DNA from: an archaeon
GTDB taxonomy: Archaea > Nanobdellota > Nanobdellia > Pacearchaeales > GW2011-AR1
Reading direction: 5' to 3'
Assembly: GCA_043815245.1 (NCBI GenBank)
Contig: JBDRJD010000014.1
Coordinates: 14,986-78,985 of the forward strand
Length of the DNA: 64,000 nucleotides
In this document: positions 36,206 to 46,328 of the stretch, piece after piece
Layout: every line of letters begins with the position of its first letter
Numbering within the stretch: position 1 is the stretch's first letter
The notes under the pieces: model-generated
Told to the model about the DNA's origin: nothing
What the model saw: the letters and a program-made list of their open reading frames with translations, nothing else
Database searches by the model: none
Program-made: the position numbers and the translations under genes

Positions 36206-36853
36206 TTAGACTTCAATATCCTTTTCTTTCCTTTCCTTAACACCATCGACTTCAATTCTTCTAGTTAACTTGCCCTTTCTTTTGCTAAGAATACGAATTT
36301 TTTCAAAGTCCTTTTCATTTTTAGGACGGATTATATCCGTTATTTCGTAGTCATGTAAGATTCTTACTTTTTTACAATCTCCTATATCCCAAAAAAATGA
36401 CTCTTTAATCTTCTCCTTATGTTTTAAATCTGATTCTAATTGGCAGAACTTGTCATCTACTTTGGATTCCGCTTTTGATGAAGGTCTTGGAAGCTTTTTC
36501 TTCATCTTTATGAAAAAAGTATGTGCCTCAACGTCGGCAAGGATACAGTAAGAATTTTCAATTAATTCCTTTAGTTCTGAGGAGGTTAGATCTTTATTTA
36601 TTTCTTGTTTTCCTATTTTATTACCTAATTTTTTGAATACTACCCCTGAAACCTTCCCCCCTCCAAGTTCAGATGCTAAGCGAAGAAAGTCGGTTGAGTA
36701 CTCATAAGTACCTTTAACTTTAATCTTTGAGGTAATATGTAAGTTTATAACTGCTTTATTTTCAAATAGGCCCTTAGAAAATCTAACAAATTGGGAATGG
36801 ACAGCTTCATCCAGTTCTTCATTAAATATTTTTTTTATAAAACAATCTACCAT
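36206..36853 (-). CDS. Hypothetical protein
   Basis: A 215-aa ORF with no recognisable motif. Confidence 0.3.
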   Translation of the reverse strand: MVDCFIKKIFNEELDEAVHSQFVRFSKGLFENKAVINLHITSKIKVKGTYEYSTDFLRLASELGGGKVSGVVFKKLGNKIGKQEINKDLTSSELKELIENSYCILADVEAHTFFIKMKKKLPRPSSKAESKVDDKFCQLESDLKHKEKIKESFFWDIGDCKKVRILHDYEITDIIRPKNEKDFEKIRILSKRKGKLTRRIEVDGVKERKEKDIEV

Positions 36854-36930
36854 CTTATCGTCTAAAATTTTGATAACTTCAATTAAGATTGAAGAGAAAG
36901 TTTATAAATCTTATCAGTCTCTTTTAAGTA

Positions 36931-37962
36931 ATGATAAGCGAAATGAATTTTAGGAGGATTGCATTTTTAGGCATTGCGATTGTGCTAGCCGTTCTTGTGA
37001 TTCTTGTAGTTCGGCCGATTGCGGCGGCGATTGTAGGAGGATTGCTATTAGGTTATATGTTTTACCCAATATATAAGTATGTTTTGAAGGTTGTCAAGGA
37101 GAAAAATGTATCTGCTTTTATAGTCGTTGTATTAACTGTAATAATAATATTCTTACCATTCTGGTTCTTGTTTCCATTAGTAGCTAGGGAGATATTTAGT
37201 ATTTATACAATGTCACAACAAATAGATTTTCTGTCAATAATAAATACAATTCTGCCGCAACTTTCTGGCGATGAGGCCTTAACAAGGGAATTAGTTATCC
37301 TTTTCAATAATTTTGTCTCAAAATTTGCTAATTTGATAATATCTGAGTTTTCAGATACACTTTTGAACCTGCCAAATATTCTACTTCAAATGGTTGTAGT
37401 ACTGTTTGTTTTTTTCTTTACAATGAGAGATGCAGAAAAACTTAAGGGCTATATCAAAAGCCTGTCTCCATTTAACAAGAGGGTAGAAGAGGAAGTTTCT
37501 CAACAATTTAAGGATATTACAAATTCTGTTATTTATGGATTTGTTGTAGCGGGTATAATTCAAGGACTGTTAACCGGGGTGGCGCTTTTTGTTTTGGGAG
37601 TTGATAATGCTTTGTTGTTGACGGTCCTAGCGATACTTGCGGGGATATTCCCCTTGATAGGATCTTGGTTGATCTGGTTCCCGGTAACGGTTTACCTATT
37701 TTTTACAGGAAGAGTCGCGGCAGCTATCGGGCTACTAATTTATGGGGCTATATTTGTTTCTTCTTTAGACAATTTCATAAGACCTTATATTGTAGCCAAA
37801 AAAGTGCATTTATCTTCAGCAATTGTCTTTATAGGGATGATTGGAGGCCTGATTGTTTTTGGAATTTTAGGATTGATCATAGGCCCCTTAATTATCTCTT
37901 ATTTTATGGTCATCTTAGATGCTTATAGAAATAAAAAATTTGAAAGTTTCTTTTCACAATAA
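36931..37962 (+). CDS. AI-2E family transporter (UPF0118/PerM-like permease)
   Basis: An ~8-TM protein with a topology and length pattern typical of the AI-2E family. Confidence 0.45.
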   Translation: MISEMNFRRIAFLGIAIVLAVLVILVVRPIAAAIVGGLLLGYMFYPIYKYVLKVVKEKNVSAFIVVVLTVIIIFLPFWFLFPLVAREIFSIYTMSQQIDFLSIINTILPQLSGDEALTRELVILFNNFVSKFANLIISEFSDTLLNLPNILLQMVVVLFVFFFTMRDAEKLKGYIKSLSPFNKRVEEEVSQQFKDITNSVIYGFVVAGIIQGLLTGVALFVLGVDNALLLTVLAILAGIFPLIGSWLIWFPVTVYLFFTGRVAAAIGLLIYGAIFVSSLDNFIRPYIVAKKVHLSSAIVFIGMIGGLIVFGILGLIIGPLIISYFMVILDAYRNKKFESFFSQ

Positions 37963-37968
37963 AAGAGG

Positions 37969-39435
37969 ATGGAGCTAAGAGTAAAACTTCTGAAGTGGAG
38001 TGCTGGAAGGCCTGTTGTAATCCTGCATAATAAGTTAGCTAGGCGGATGTCTCTCCATCTTAGTGATAGGATACTCATACGAAAAGGCTCAAAAAAGATT
38101 ATCTCTATTGTAGACTTTTCGCAAGACTTGGTTAAGGAAAACCAAATAGCTATTTCTATAGAAGTGTGTAAAAAACTAAGATTGAGTTCTGGTGAGAAGG
38201 TTAAAATTGCTTCAACTAGTTCGCCTGAAAGTATTAAATTTATAAGTGAAAAATTAAAATGCAAGCGGTTGAAAAAGAGAGAGTTAGAAGTAATAGTGAG
38301 AGATATAGTGACTAATGCCTTGACTGAAGCTGAAGTAGCTTACTTTGTTTCTTCGATTTACCGGTGTGGAATGACTTTGAAGGAAATTAAATACCTTACT
38401 GAGGCAATGGTCTCTTCTGGAAAGAAGTTAAAATTAAAGGGTAAACTCATAGCAGATAAACATAGTATCGGAGGGGTTGCGGGGAGGACTACGCCCATTG
38501 TAGTCTCCATATGTGCGGCTGCTGGTATTATAATCCCAAAAACTTCGAGTAGAGCGATTACCACTGCAGCTGGGACGGCTGACGCGCTGGAAACAATATG
38601 CGGAGTAGAGTTTTCAATTAAAGAAATTAAAAAGATTATTAGGAAAGTTGGGGCGTGCATGGTGTGGGGGGGGAGCCTGGGACTAGCCCCGGCAGATGAT
38701 AAAATAATCCAAGTTGAAAAACTGCTTAAACTTGATCCGGAACCACAGCTTATAGCGAGTATTATGGCGAAAAAGCTTGCTGTAAGCTCAAAGTATGTTA
38801 TTTTACATATTCCCTATGGTAAAAATGCAAAGGTTGATAAAAAGGGGGGTTTATCTTTAGAAAGAAAATTTAAAAAGCTGGCAAAGAAATTTAGAATAAA
38901 GGTGAGATGCATACTCACAAAAGCAGAAGAACCTTATGGAAAAGGAATTGGACCCGTTTTAGAGATGAGAGATGTAATCCAGGTATTAAAAAGAGAGGAC
39001 CCGTGCCATATGCTTGAGAAAAAGTCTTTATTATTGGCAGCGGGATTACTCGAACTTACAGGCGTAGCTAAAAGGGGAGGGGGATATAAGCTAGCCTATA
39101 AAATCTTAGACTCCAAACTAGCTTTAAAAAAGTTTAAAGAGATAATTAAGGCCCAAAAAGGTAAAATTGTAAACTTAGAAACTTCTGGATTAAAAAAAGA
39201 TATAAAATCTTTGAGGGAGGGGATAGTTAAAGAGATAGACAATAAAAAAATTAATTCGGTTGCAATTGCCTCTGGCTGCCCATTAGATAAAGGATCAGGG
39301 GTCTACTTACATAAACATATTGGAGATAAAGTGAACAAGGGGGAGAATATACTCACGATATATGCAGAGTCTAGAAGTGAATTAAACGAGGCAGTAGAGG
39401 CTTATTCTAAATTAAAACCACTTAAAATTTTGTAA
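37969..39435 (+). CDS. deoA: AMP phosphorylase / thymidine phosphorylase family (archaeal DeoA-like with N-terminal extension)
   Basis: Has KHSIGGVAGRTTPIVVSICAAAG (the phosphorylase KHSTGG motif) and SLGLAPADDK. The ~488-aa size fits archaeal AMPpase. Confidence 0.65.
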   Translation: MELRVKLLKWSAGRPVVILHNKLARRMSLHLSDRILIRKGSKKIISIVDFSQDLVKENQIAISIEVCKKLRLSSGEKVKIASTSSPESIKFISEKLKCKRLKKRELEVIVRDIVTNALTEAEVAYFVSSIYRCGMTLKEIKYLTEAMVSSGKKLKLKGKLIADKHSIGGVAGRTTPIVVSICAAAGIIIPKTSSRAITTAAGTADALETICGVEFSIKEIKKIIRKVGACMVWGGSLGLAPADDKIIQVEKLLKLDPEPQLIASIMAKKLAVSSKYVILHIPYGKNAKVDKKGGLSLERKFKKLAKKFRIKVRCILTKAEEPYGKGIGPVLEMRDVIQVLKREDPCHMLEKKSLLLAAGLLELTGVAKRGGGYKLAYKILDSKLALKKFKEIIKAQKGKIVNLETSGLKKDIKSLREGIVKEIDNKKINSVAIASGCPLDKGSGVYLHKHIGDKVNKGENILTIYAESRSELNEAVEAYSKLKPLKIL

Positions 39436-39485
39436 ATTGGAATAATTAGCAATACCTTTAAATATCAGTTAAAATTGATAAAAAC

Positions 39486-39638
39486 ATGACAAAGTTTAAT
39501 TGTAAAGGATGCAATTATAGGTTTGAACTTAACAAAGAGGAATCCCCTGAAAGATGTCCTTACTGTGACATGAAAGGAAGTGTAATGAAAGAACAAACGG
39601 CGGATGAAATCCTGGATGAGATAGATAACATTAAATAA
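39486..39638 (+). CDS. Small zinc-ribbon protein (CxxC...CxxC) upstream of aglB
   Basis: Hand-found 50-aa ORF MTKFNCKGCNYRFELNKEESPERCPYCDMKGSVMKEQTADEILDEIDNIK. Confidence 0.45.
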   Translation: MTKFNCKGCNYRFELNKEESPERCPYCDMKGSVMKEQTADEILDEIDNIK

Positions 39639-39659
39639 ATTAAGGGAATTTTTATTTAT

Positions 39660-42380
39660 ATGGGTGAAGACAAATTTGAGAAAGATGGGAATCTCTTAAT
39701 AGAAAAGAGGAAAAAAGATATTCTGAAGTTTCTAAAAAGCAAAGGTAGCCTCTTAGTTATATTGGGGGTGATTATCTTAATTTTCTTAACTTGGCATACA
39801 AGAACTGTAAACCTGGAGCAGTTAAAAGATATAACTACGGGGGATTATACTTTGGGGCCGGACCTAGACCCTTTTTTGTTTTTGAGATATGCGGAAATGA
39901 TCTTAGAAACTGGAGATCTAGTGGAAGTGGATTACATGAGATATGTCCCCCTTGGGTATAATACTGCAGGAGAGACGCGGTTGCTACCTTACATGATTGT
40001 CTACCTTTATAAGGTCTTAAATTTTTTTAACCAGTCAACACTAAGTTACGCGGCAGTGATATTTCCCGCATTAATGTTTTTGTTAACTGCAGTGACTTTT
40101 TTTCTTTTTGTAAGAAAAGTTTTTGATAAGCATAAATATATGGACTGGATCTCATTAATAGCTACCGCCTTCCTTATTGTTTCGCCTTCCTTATTGTCTA
40201 GGACAGTGGCTGGAATTCCTGAGAAGGAATCTGCAGGCTTTTTCTTTATGTTCCTTGCTTTTTACTTTTTTATCTATGCTTGGAGATGTCAGAGTCTAAA
40301 AAAGAGTTTGATATTGGCTGTTCTGGCCGGAGTGTCTACTGCATTAATGGGTTTGATTTGGGGGGGTTGGATATATATCTGGGTTAGTATTGCTCTTTTT
40401 GCCTTTGTTGTTTTTATAATTGGGGGGGTGGGTAAAAAGGAAGCGTATGTTTATGGTTTGTGGTGGGTGTTTTCTGTTTTGGGGGTCATGGTTTTCTCAA
40501 CGAGATTTTCTCTGGCAGATTTGATATATTCAACTTCGACAGGAATAGCTTTTGTGGTGCTTTCCTTGATTATTGTGGACTACATAGTTTTTAATACAAA
40601 GATCAAAGAAATTAAGAATATAGTAAAAATGAGGTCAAAAGTTCCAGATCGCGTCATTTCGATAATCTTATTAACCATACTGGGAATAGCAGCCTCAACT
40701 ATCTTTTTAGGAATTTCTTTTATTCCAAATTTCGTTAGCCATATATTTTTCTCTTTAACACAACCATATACTGATAGACTTTCATTCACTGTTGCTGAAA
40801 ATAGACAGCCTTATTTTAGTGAATGGGCTGGGAGCTTTGGACCAATAGTTGGAAGCATACCTTTATTTTTCTGGTTATTTTTCTTAGGCTCTATATTGTT
40901 ATTTTATGACTCTGTAAAAAAGTTAGAGAAAAAGAGGAGGGGGATGCTTTTAGCAGGATACATTCTCTTTTTATTTGCCCTGATCTTTAGTAGATATGGC
41001 TCTAACCATATTATGAATGGAATGAACAATCTTAGTAAGGGCGTTTACTTCGGAGGATTTATAATTCTGGGAGGTATTGGAAGTTATATATATTACAAAT
41101 ATTATAAAGAGGGGGAATTAACTGAACTTAAAAAAATAGATACCTCTTATTTATTTTTGATAGCTTTTTTTATTGTAAGCTTAATAGGTGCTAGAAGTGC
41201 AGTTAGACTGATTATGGTTTTGTCACCTCCTGCTGCAGGGATAGTCGGTTTTTTTACAATGGCTGTTATTGAAAGGGCTAGAAAGGAAAAAGAAGAGACC
41301 TTGAAAATGGCCTTGGTAGTGGGGGCCATAATTATAGCGATCCTCTCAATATACGCATTTTACTTTAATTATCAGGTTACAGTGGCTCAGGCGAGGGGCA
41401 TGGTGCCTTCTTCATATACAAACCAGTGGCAAAAAGCAATGGAATGGGTAAGAACTGAAACCCCTGAAGAGGCGGTGTTCTCACATTGGTGGGATTACGG
41501 TTATTGGGTTCAAACAATTGGTGAAAGGGCGACTGTTTTAGATGGAGGGAACTCGCTCCCTTATTGGAATCATTTGATAGCACGCCACGTACTAACGGGT
41601 AATGATGAAAAAAATGCATTAGAATTTTTATATACGCACGAAGCCACGCACCTTTTAATTGACTCAACAGACGTTGGAAAATATCCTGCATATTCTACAA
41701 TTGGTAGTGATGAAAATTACGACAGAGCCAGTTGGTTGCCTGTAATGCAGAGAAGAGAAGATTTAATGAAGGAGACTAAGAACGGAACAGTACACTATTA
41801 CGAGGCCAATTTTGGATTAGATGAGGACATACTTTGGGAGATAGATGGTGGGCAGGTGTTACTCCCAGGAGGAGTCGCAGGCGTGGGAGCCATCCAACTG
41901 AAGATTGAGAATAATGAGTTGAAACAGCCAGAGGCAATTGTGATAGATAGGGGGAAACAGTATAACCTCCCCTTAAGATATGTTTACTATAAGGGAGAAC
42001 TAATAGATTTTGGCGGTGGGTTAGAGGCGGGAATATTCGTATTCCAGAGACTTATAAGTGATGGAAGTAGGATAAATGGAGTAGACGAAATTGGGGCAGC
42101 CATCTACCTTAGCCCTAGAACGATAAGAGGGTATATGGCTAGACTGTATTTGCTGGATGAACAAGATACTCCATTCAAGCTGGTCCATGTAGAAGAGAAC
42201 TTAATAGTTTCTCAGCTGAGAGCTCAGGGACTGCAGCTTGATTCTTTTGTATTATATGGTGGCCTGCTTGGCCCAATTAAAATTTGGGAGATTGAGTACC
42301 CCGGAGATATCACAGTAAATGGGACTTATCTTGAACTAGACTTTTCAAATGAGGAGTTAAAAATATCCAGGAGCGCATAA
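39660..42380 (+). CDS. aglB: Archaeal oligosaccharyltransferase AglB (STT3 homologue)
   Basis: A 906-aa protein with ~13 N-terminal TM helices and the diagnostic WWDYGYW motif (FSHWWDYGYWVQT), followed by a soluble C-terminal domain. Confidence 0.9.
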   Translation: MGEDKFEKDGNLLIEKRKKDILKFLKSKGSLLVILGVIILIFLTWHTRTVNLEQLKDITTGDYTLGPDLDPFLFLRYAEMILETGDLVEVDYMRYVPLGYNTAGETRLLPYMIVYLYKVLNFFNQSTLSYAAVIFPALMFLLTAVTFFLFVRKVFDKHKYMDWISLIATAFLIVSPSLLSRTVAGIPEKESAGFFFMFLAFYFFIYAWRCQSLKKSLILAVLAGVSTALMGLIWGGWIYIWVSIALFAFVVFIIGGVGKKEAYVYGLWWVFSVLGVMVFSTRFSLADLIYSTSTGIAFVVLSLIIVDYIVFNTKIKEIKNIVKMRSKVPDRVISIILLTILGIAASTIFLGISFIPNFVSHIFFSLTQPYTDRLSFTVAENRQPYFSEWAGSFGPIVGSIPLFFWLFFLGSILLFYDSVKKLEKKRRGMLLAGYILFLFALIFSRYGSNHIMNGMNNLSKGVYFGGFIILGGIGSYIYYKYYKEGELTELKKIDTSYLFLIAFFIVSLIGARSAVRLIMVLSPPAAGIVGFFTMAVIERARKEKEETLKMALVVGAIIIAILSIYAFYFNYQVTVAQARGMVPSSYTNQWQKAMEWVRTETPEEAVFSHWWDYGYWVQTIGERATVLDGGNSLPYWNHLIARHVLTGNDEKNALEFLYTHEATHLLIDSTDVGKYPAYSTIGSDENYDRASWLPVMQRREDLMKETKNGTVHYYEANFGLDEDILWEIDGGQVLLPGGVAGVGAIQLKIENNELKQPEAIVIDRGKQYNLPLRYVYYKGELIDFGGGLEAGIFVFQRLISDGSRINGVDEIGAAIYLSPRTIRGYMARLYLLDEQDTPFKLVHVEENLIVSQLRAQGLQLDSFVLYGGLLGPIKIWEIEYPGDITVNGTYLELDFSNEELKISRSA

Positions 42381-42381
42381 T

Positions 42382-43401
42382 ATGGAAGCTTTATTAATAA
42401 TTCCTTTGGTTCTGAGTTTCTTTCTTACATTCTTTATTCTCCCACCATGGATAAAAAAAGCGGGCGTGATAGGTTTTAAGTGGGAGGACATGAACAAGAC
42501 AGACCGACGAGAGGTTGCAGGGGGAGGGGGAATAAGTGTAGTCACAGGGTTTATTTTTGGAGTCTTGATTTACATTGCAATTCAAACTTTTTATTTTAAC
42601 AGTGCGGAGAATATTATTGAAATTTTTGCAATGATTTCCTCTATCCTAATATTAGGGTTTATTGGTCTAATCGATGATATGTTTGGGTGGCAACATGGGG
42701 GGTTAAGTAAAAAGTTTAGGGTGATAATGTGTTTGCTAGCCTCAATTCCTTTAGTAGTCATAAATGCTGGAACATCTGCGATTTCGGTGCCATTTATAGA
42801 GGGAATTAATCTGGGGCTAATTTATCCTTTAGTAGTCATCCCAATTGGGATAACAGGTGCGGCAACAACTTTTAATTTTCTTGCAGGATTTAATGGCCTG
42901 GAGGCTAGCCAAGGTATACTTTTAATAGCCTCCTTGGCTGTGGTGAACTACTATACTGGAAATATCTGGCTAGTGATTATATGCTTAGTAATGGTGGCAA
43001 GCTTGTTGGCATTTTGGGTTTTCAACAAGTACCCTTCAAAGGTGTTTCCAGGAGATAGTTTAACATATTCCATAGGGGGATTAATAGCAATAATTGCAAT
43101 TTTGGGGAATATAGAAAGAATTACTGTCTTTTTCTTCATACCTTATATCTTTGAAACGGTTTTGAAGGTTAGAGGGGGGCTTAAGAAGCAATCCTTTGGC
43201 AAGGTAAATGAAGATGGAAGTCTAGGGTTACCATATGAAAAAATATACGGACTTGAACATTTGGCAATCTATATAATTAAAAAGATGAAAAAGTCCGGGA
43301 GGGCATATGAGAGAGAAGTAGTTTATTTAATCTTATTTTTTCAGATGGGTATAATCGTGTTGGGGTTTATATTATTCAATAAAAGTATTTTTGGAATATG
43401 A
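42382..43401 (+). CDS. GPT/MraY/WecA-family polyprenyl-phosphate HexNAc-1-phosphate transferase (AglH-like)
   Basis: A multi-TM protein with typical GT4 (glycos_transf_4) features, including DDxxG-like IGLIDDMFG and NFLAGFNGLEAS. Confidence 0.65.
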   Translation: MEALLIIPLVLSFFLTFFILPPWIKKAGVIGFKWEDMNKTDRREVAGGGGISVVTGFIFGVLIYIAIQTFYFNSAENIIEIFAMISSILILGFIGLIDDMFGWQHGGLSKKFRVIMCLLASIPLVVINAGTSAISVPFIEGINLGLIYPLVVIPIGITGAATTFNFLAGFNGLEASQGILLIASLAVVNYYTGNIWLVIICLVMVASLLAFWVFNKYPSKVFPGDSLTYSIGGLIAIIAILGNIERITVFFFIPYIFETVLKVRGGLKKQSFGKVNEDGSLGLPYEKIYGLEHLAIYIIKKMKKSGRAYEREVVYLILFFQMGIIVLGFILFNKSIFGI

Positions 43402-44624
43402 TTAAAAGAATTTTATCAAATGAACTGGCCAAGGGAAGTTTTATCCTTTTGATTCTGATTAATGTTTTTAATATAATAAATTATTTGTTTCAATTTAGTA
43501 TGGCAAGGCTTCTTGGGCCGGCGGATTTTAGAATCATAGCTGCAATGATGTCCTTAATTTATATCTTTTCAGTTCCTTCAGAAGCTATCCAGACAATAAT
43601 CTCCAGGTATGCTTCCAAGTATAATCTTAGTAGAGAACTCGGAAGGATGAAGAACTTATTAGTAAAGGGTTTAAAAAAGGGGTTCTTGTTAGCTTTAGTA
43701 AGCTATCTTATATTTTCAGTTTTGGCTATTTTTTTAGCAGAGTTTATTAGAGTAGACTACTGGATTATTGAACTCACGGGCATTGTCATTTTTGGTAGCT
43801 TTTTGATGCCTGTGTTGAGGGGGGTGCTTCAAGGGCAAAAAAAGTTTGCTTCTCTTGGGGGGAGCTTGATTATTGAGGCAGGCATAAGATTGGTTCTGGC
43901 TGTTTTGCTGGTTGTGGCTGGATTTGGAGTATTTGGAGCGGTATGGGGAATTGTGATTGCAACTGTTTTAGGTTTTTTAGTTATATTTGTATTTATGAAA
44001 AGAGTGATTAGAAGTGATCTGGTAAGTGAGAAGGTTGAAGGAATCTACCGCTACAGCCTCCCTGTATTTATAACTATTTTAGTGATCGTTCTTATGTATA
44101 GTTTAGATGTTTGGTTTGCGAACAGATTTTTTTCTGTTGAAGAAGCGGGAGTATACGCAGTAGTATCAACTCTTGGCAAGATGATTTTCTTTGGTACCGT
44201 TGCTATAAGCAAGGCAATGTTTCCCTTGGCTAGTGAAGGCCATGAAGCGAAAAGGAATACTAAAAGAATATTAAAGAAAGCGCTCATTATAATAGTGGGT
44301 ATAAGCTTAGTGGCAATATTCCTTTTTTTAGTCTTTCCAAAATTAATAATAGGTATCCTGTTTGGAGAGGACTATATCTCCGGATATAGTATCTTAGTAT
44401 ATATTGGAATAGGATTTAGCTTGCTTTCGATAACAAATCTAGTTTTGATGTATGGGCTTTCCACAAATAAAGTTAATTTAAATTCGCTAATATTGTTCTT
44501 GTTTTTGTTAATTCAAATATTACTGTTTCTCCTATTTCATGGGAATCTTTTTGAGTTTTCGATAGCTTTTTTAAGTTCAAATATTCTAATGCTTATAGGA
44601 AGTTTGGTGATTACTTGGAAATAA
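43398..44624 (+). CDS. MOP-superfamily (Wzx/AglR-like) oligosaccharide flippase
   Basis: A 408-aa, ~12-TM polysaccharide-biosynthesis-protein-like protein that is translationally coupled to the GPT gene. Confidence 0.5.
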   Translation: MIKRILSNELAKGSFILLILINVFNIINYLFQFSMARLLGPADFRIIAAMMSLIYIFSVPSEAIQTIISRYASKYNLSRELGRMKNLLVKGLKKGFLLALVSYLIFSVLAIFLAEFIRVDYWIIELTGIVIFGSFLMPVLRGVLQGQKKFASLGGSLIIEAGIRLVLAVLLVVAGFGVFGAVWGIVIATVLGFLVIFVFMKRVIRSDLVSEKVEGIYRYSLPVFITILVIVLMYSLDVWFANRFFSVEEAGVYAVVSTLGKMIFFGTVAISKAMFPLASEGHEAKRNTKRILKKALIIIVGISLVAIFLFLVFPKLIIGILFGEDYISGYSILVYIGIGFSLLSITNLVLMYGLSTNKVNLNSLILFLFLLIQILLFLLFHGNLFEFSIAFLSSNILMLIGSLVITWK

Positions 44625-44637
44625 AGATTAAGGGAAA

Positions 44638-45411
44638 ATGAGAGTTAGCATTATAATTCCAGCATATAATGAAGAGGAAGCCATAGGCAGGATCCTAGAA
44701 GAATATTGTAGCTATCTAAGAAAGCAAAGAGCGGGTTTCGAGGTCTTAGTGGTAATCAATAACACAAATGATGGAACGGAAAGAATAATCAAGGAATACC
44801 AAAAAAAATACCCTGAGATTAGATATTTAAACCTAAGAGAAGGTGGCAAGGGTTTTGCAATAATTGAGGGTTTTAAGGACGCTCTAAAAAGAAAGAACAA
44901 CGACCTAATTGGGTTTGTAGATGCAGATCTTTCAACATCTGCAAAGGAATATTACAAATTAATACGGCAATTAGGATCGTATGAAGGAATAATTGCTAGT
45001 AGGTGGTTAAAGGGGGCAAAACAAAATTACAGTTTTACTAGGAAGGTTACAAGTAGGGGTTTCAATTTTATAGTAAGGAGTTTGTTTTTGTTTCCCTATC
45101 GGGACACACAATGTGGCGCAAAAGTTTTCAAGAGGCACGCAATTGAAAGCATAGCAGAAGAAATCAAAATTACAAGATGGGCTTTTGATGTGGAATTGCT
45201 GTATAGAATAAGGAAAAAAAATTATAGGGTGAAGGAGATCCCAACATGCTGGGAGGAAAAATTAAGAAAGTCTAAATTAGATTTGAGAATAGTGCCATTG
45301 CAAATGTTTTCAGCAATGGTACGATTAAGACTGTTAAACTCCCCATTTAAATTTGTTGTGAGATTTTATGATAAAATGCCAGAGTCATTAAAGATTCACC
45401 ATAGAAGATGA
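44638..45411 (+). CDS. GT2 glycosyltransferase (dolichyl-phosphate hexose synthase-like)
   Basis: Has SIIIPAYNEEEAI...DADLS (a DxD motif) and a C-terminal amphipathic region. Confidence 0.6.
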   Translation: MRVSIIIPAYNEEEAIGRILEEYCSYLRKQRAGFEVLVVINNTNDGTERIIKEYQKKYPEIRYLNLREGGKGFAIIEGFKDALKRKNNDLIGFVDADLSTSAKEYYKLIRQLGSYEGIIASRWLKGAKQNYSFTRKVTSRGFNFIVRSLFLFPYRDTQCGAKVFKRHAIESIAEEIKITRWAFDVELLYRIRKKNYRVKEIPTCWEEKLRKSKLDLRIVPLQMFSAMVRLRLLNSPFKFVVRFYDKMPESLKIHHRR

Positions 45412-46328
45412 AGTTAAGTTTTCTGATAGCGGTGCATAATGAAGAGAAGATTTTAGCTAAAAGCCTGAGAAATTTGGTCAATTTACCTTATGAAGACTAT
45501 GAAATTATTTTGGGATTGGATGGGTGCACAGATGGTTCTGAAAATATAGTGAAGGATTTTCAGAGAAAGTATAAAAATATTAAGTACAGTAAATTGAATT
45601 TGAGGCAAGGAAAGCCGGAGGTAATAGACCATATAGTGAAACTTGCAGGAGGAGATATTCTAATTGTTAATGACGCTGATTGGATATTTAAGGTAAGAAA
45701 TAAAAAAGAACTGGAAGATTTTATTTCTGTTTTTAAAAACCCAAAAATCGGGGGAATTGCTGAATCATTTCCACTGGAGTGGGACCGGGAAAAAGTAAAG
45801 AAGGGAAATTTAGGATATAAAATGATTGCATATAGTGGGTATTTTTGGTTTAAATATCAAAGAGAAAAATTCACTTCAAGAGGGGATGGATTGATTTACT
45901 TAAAAAAACCGACAATGTTTTTAACAAACATTTATAGAAGGGAGTTGTATAAAAAGAACTTTTCATTAGGTGATGACTTTGAAAGAACAAAGAATATAAT
46001 GGATAAGGGATATAAAGTAGTTGTGTTCTCGAATGAAAATATTCCAAGGATGATAGCAGTGTATAATGAAGTATCCCTGGGGGACCTCTTTAAACAGAAG
46101 TTACGAACAGCGGTAGCAAGGGATCAGTTGAAGTGGGAGCAGGAAATAAGTATAAAAGATTACTATTTGCCAGTTGTATGGGATATATTTATAAAATCTT
46201 GGAAAAAGAGTATTAAGGTGGGATTAATAGTAAGTTTATGGATTGTTATAACTTTAGTGGGCACGGTTCTCTCAAAGTTTAAAAAAATTGACACACGGGA
46301 GGGGTGGAAGTTACGTATGAAAAGATGA
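45408..46328 (+). CDS. GT2 glycosyltransferase with C-terminal TM
   Basis: Has SFLIAVHNEEKIL...LGLDGCTDGS...NDAD. Confidence 0.5.
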   Translation: MKLSFLIAVHNEEKILAKSLRNLVNLPYEDYEIILGLDGCTDGSENIVKDFQRKYKNIKYSKLNLRQGKPEVIDHIVKLAGGDILIVNDADWIFKVRNKKELEDFISVFKNPKIGGIAESFPLEWDREKVKKGNLGYKMIAYSGYFWFKYQREKFTSRGDGLIYLKKPTMFLTNIYRRELYKKNFSLGDDFERTKNIMDKGYKVVVFSNENIPRMIAVYNEVSLGDLFKQKLRTAVARDQLKWEQEISIKDYYLPVVWDIFIKSWKKSIKVGLIVSLWIVITLVGTVLSKFKKIDTREGWKLRMKR

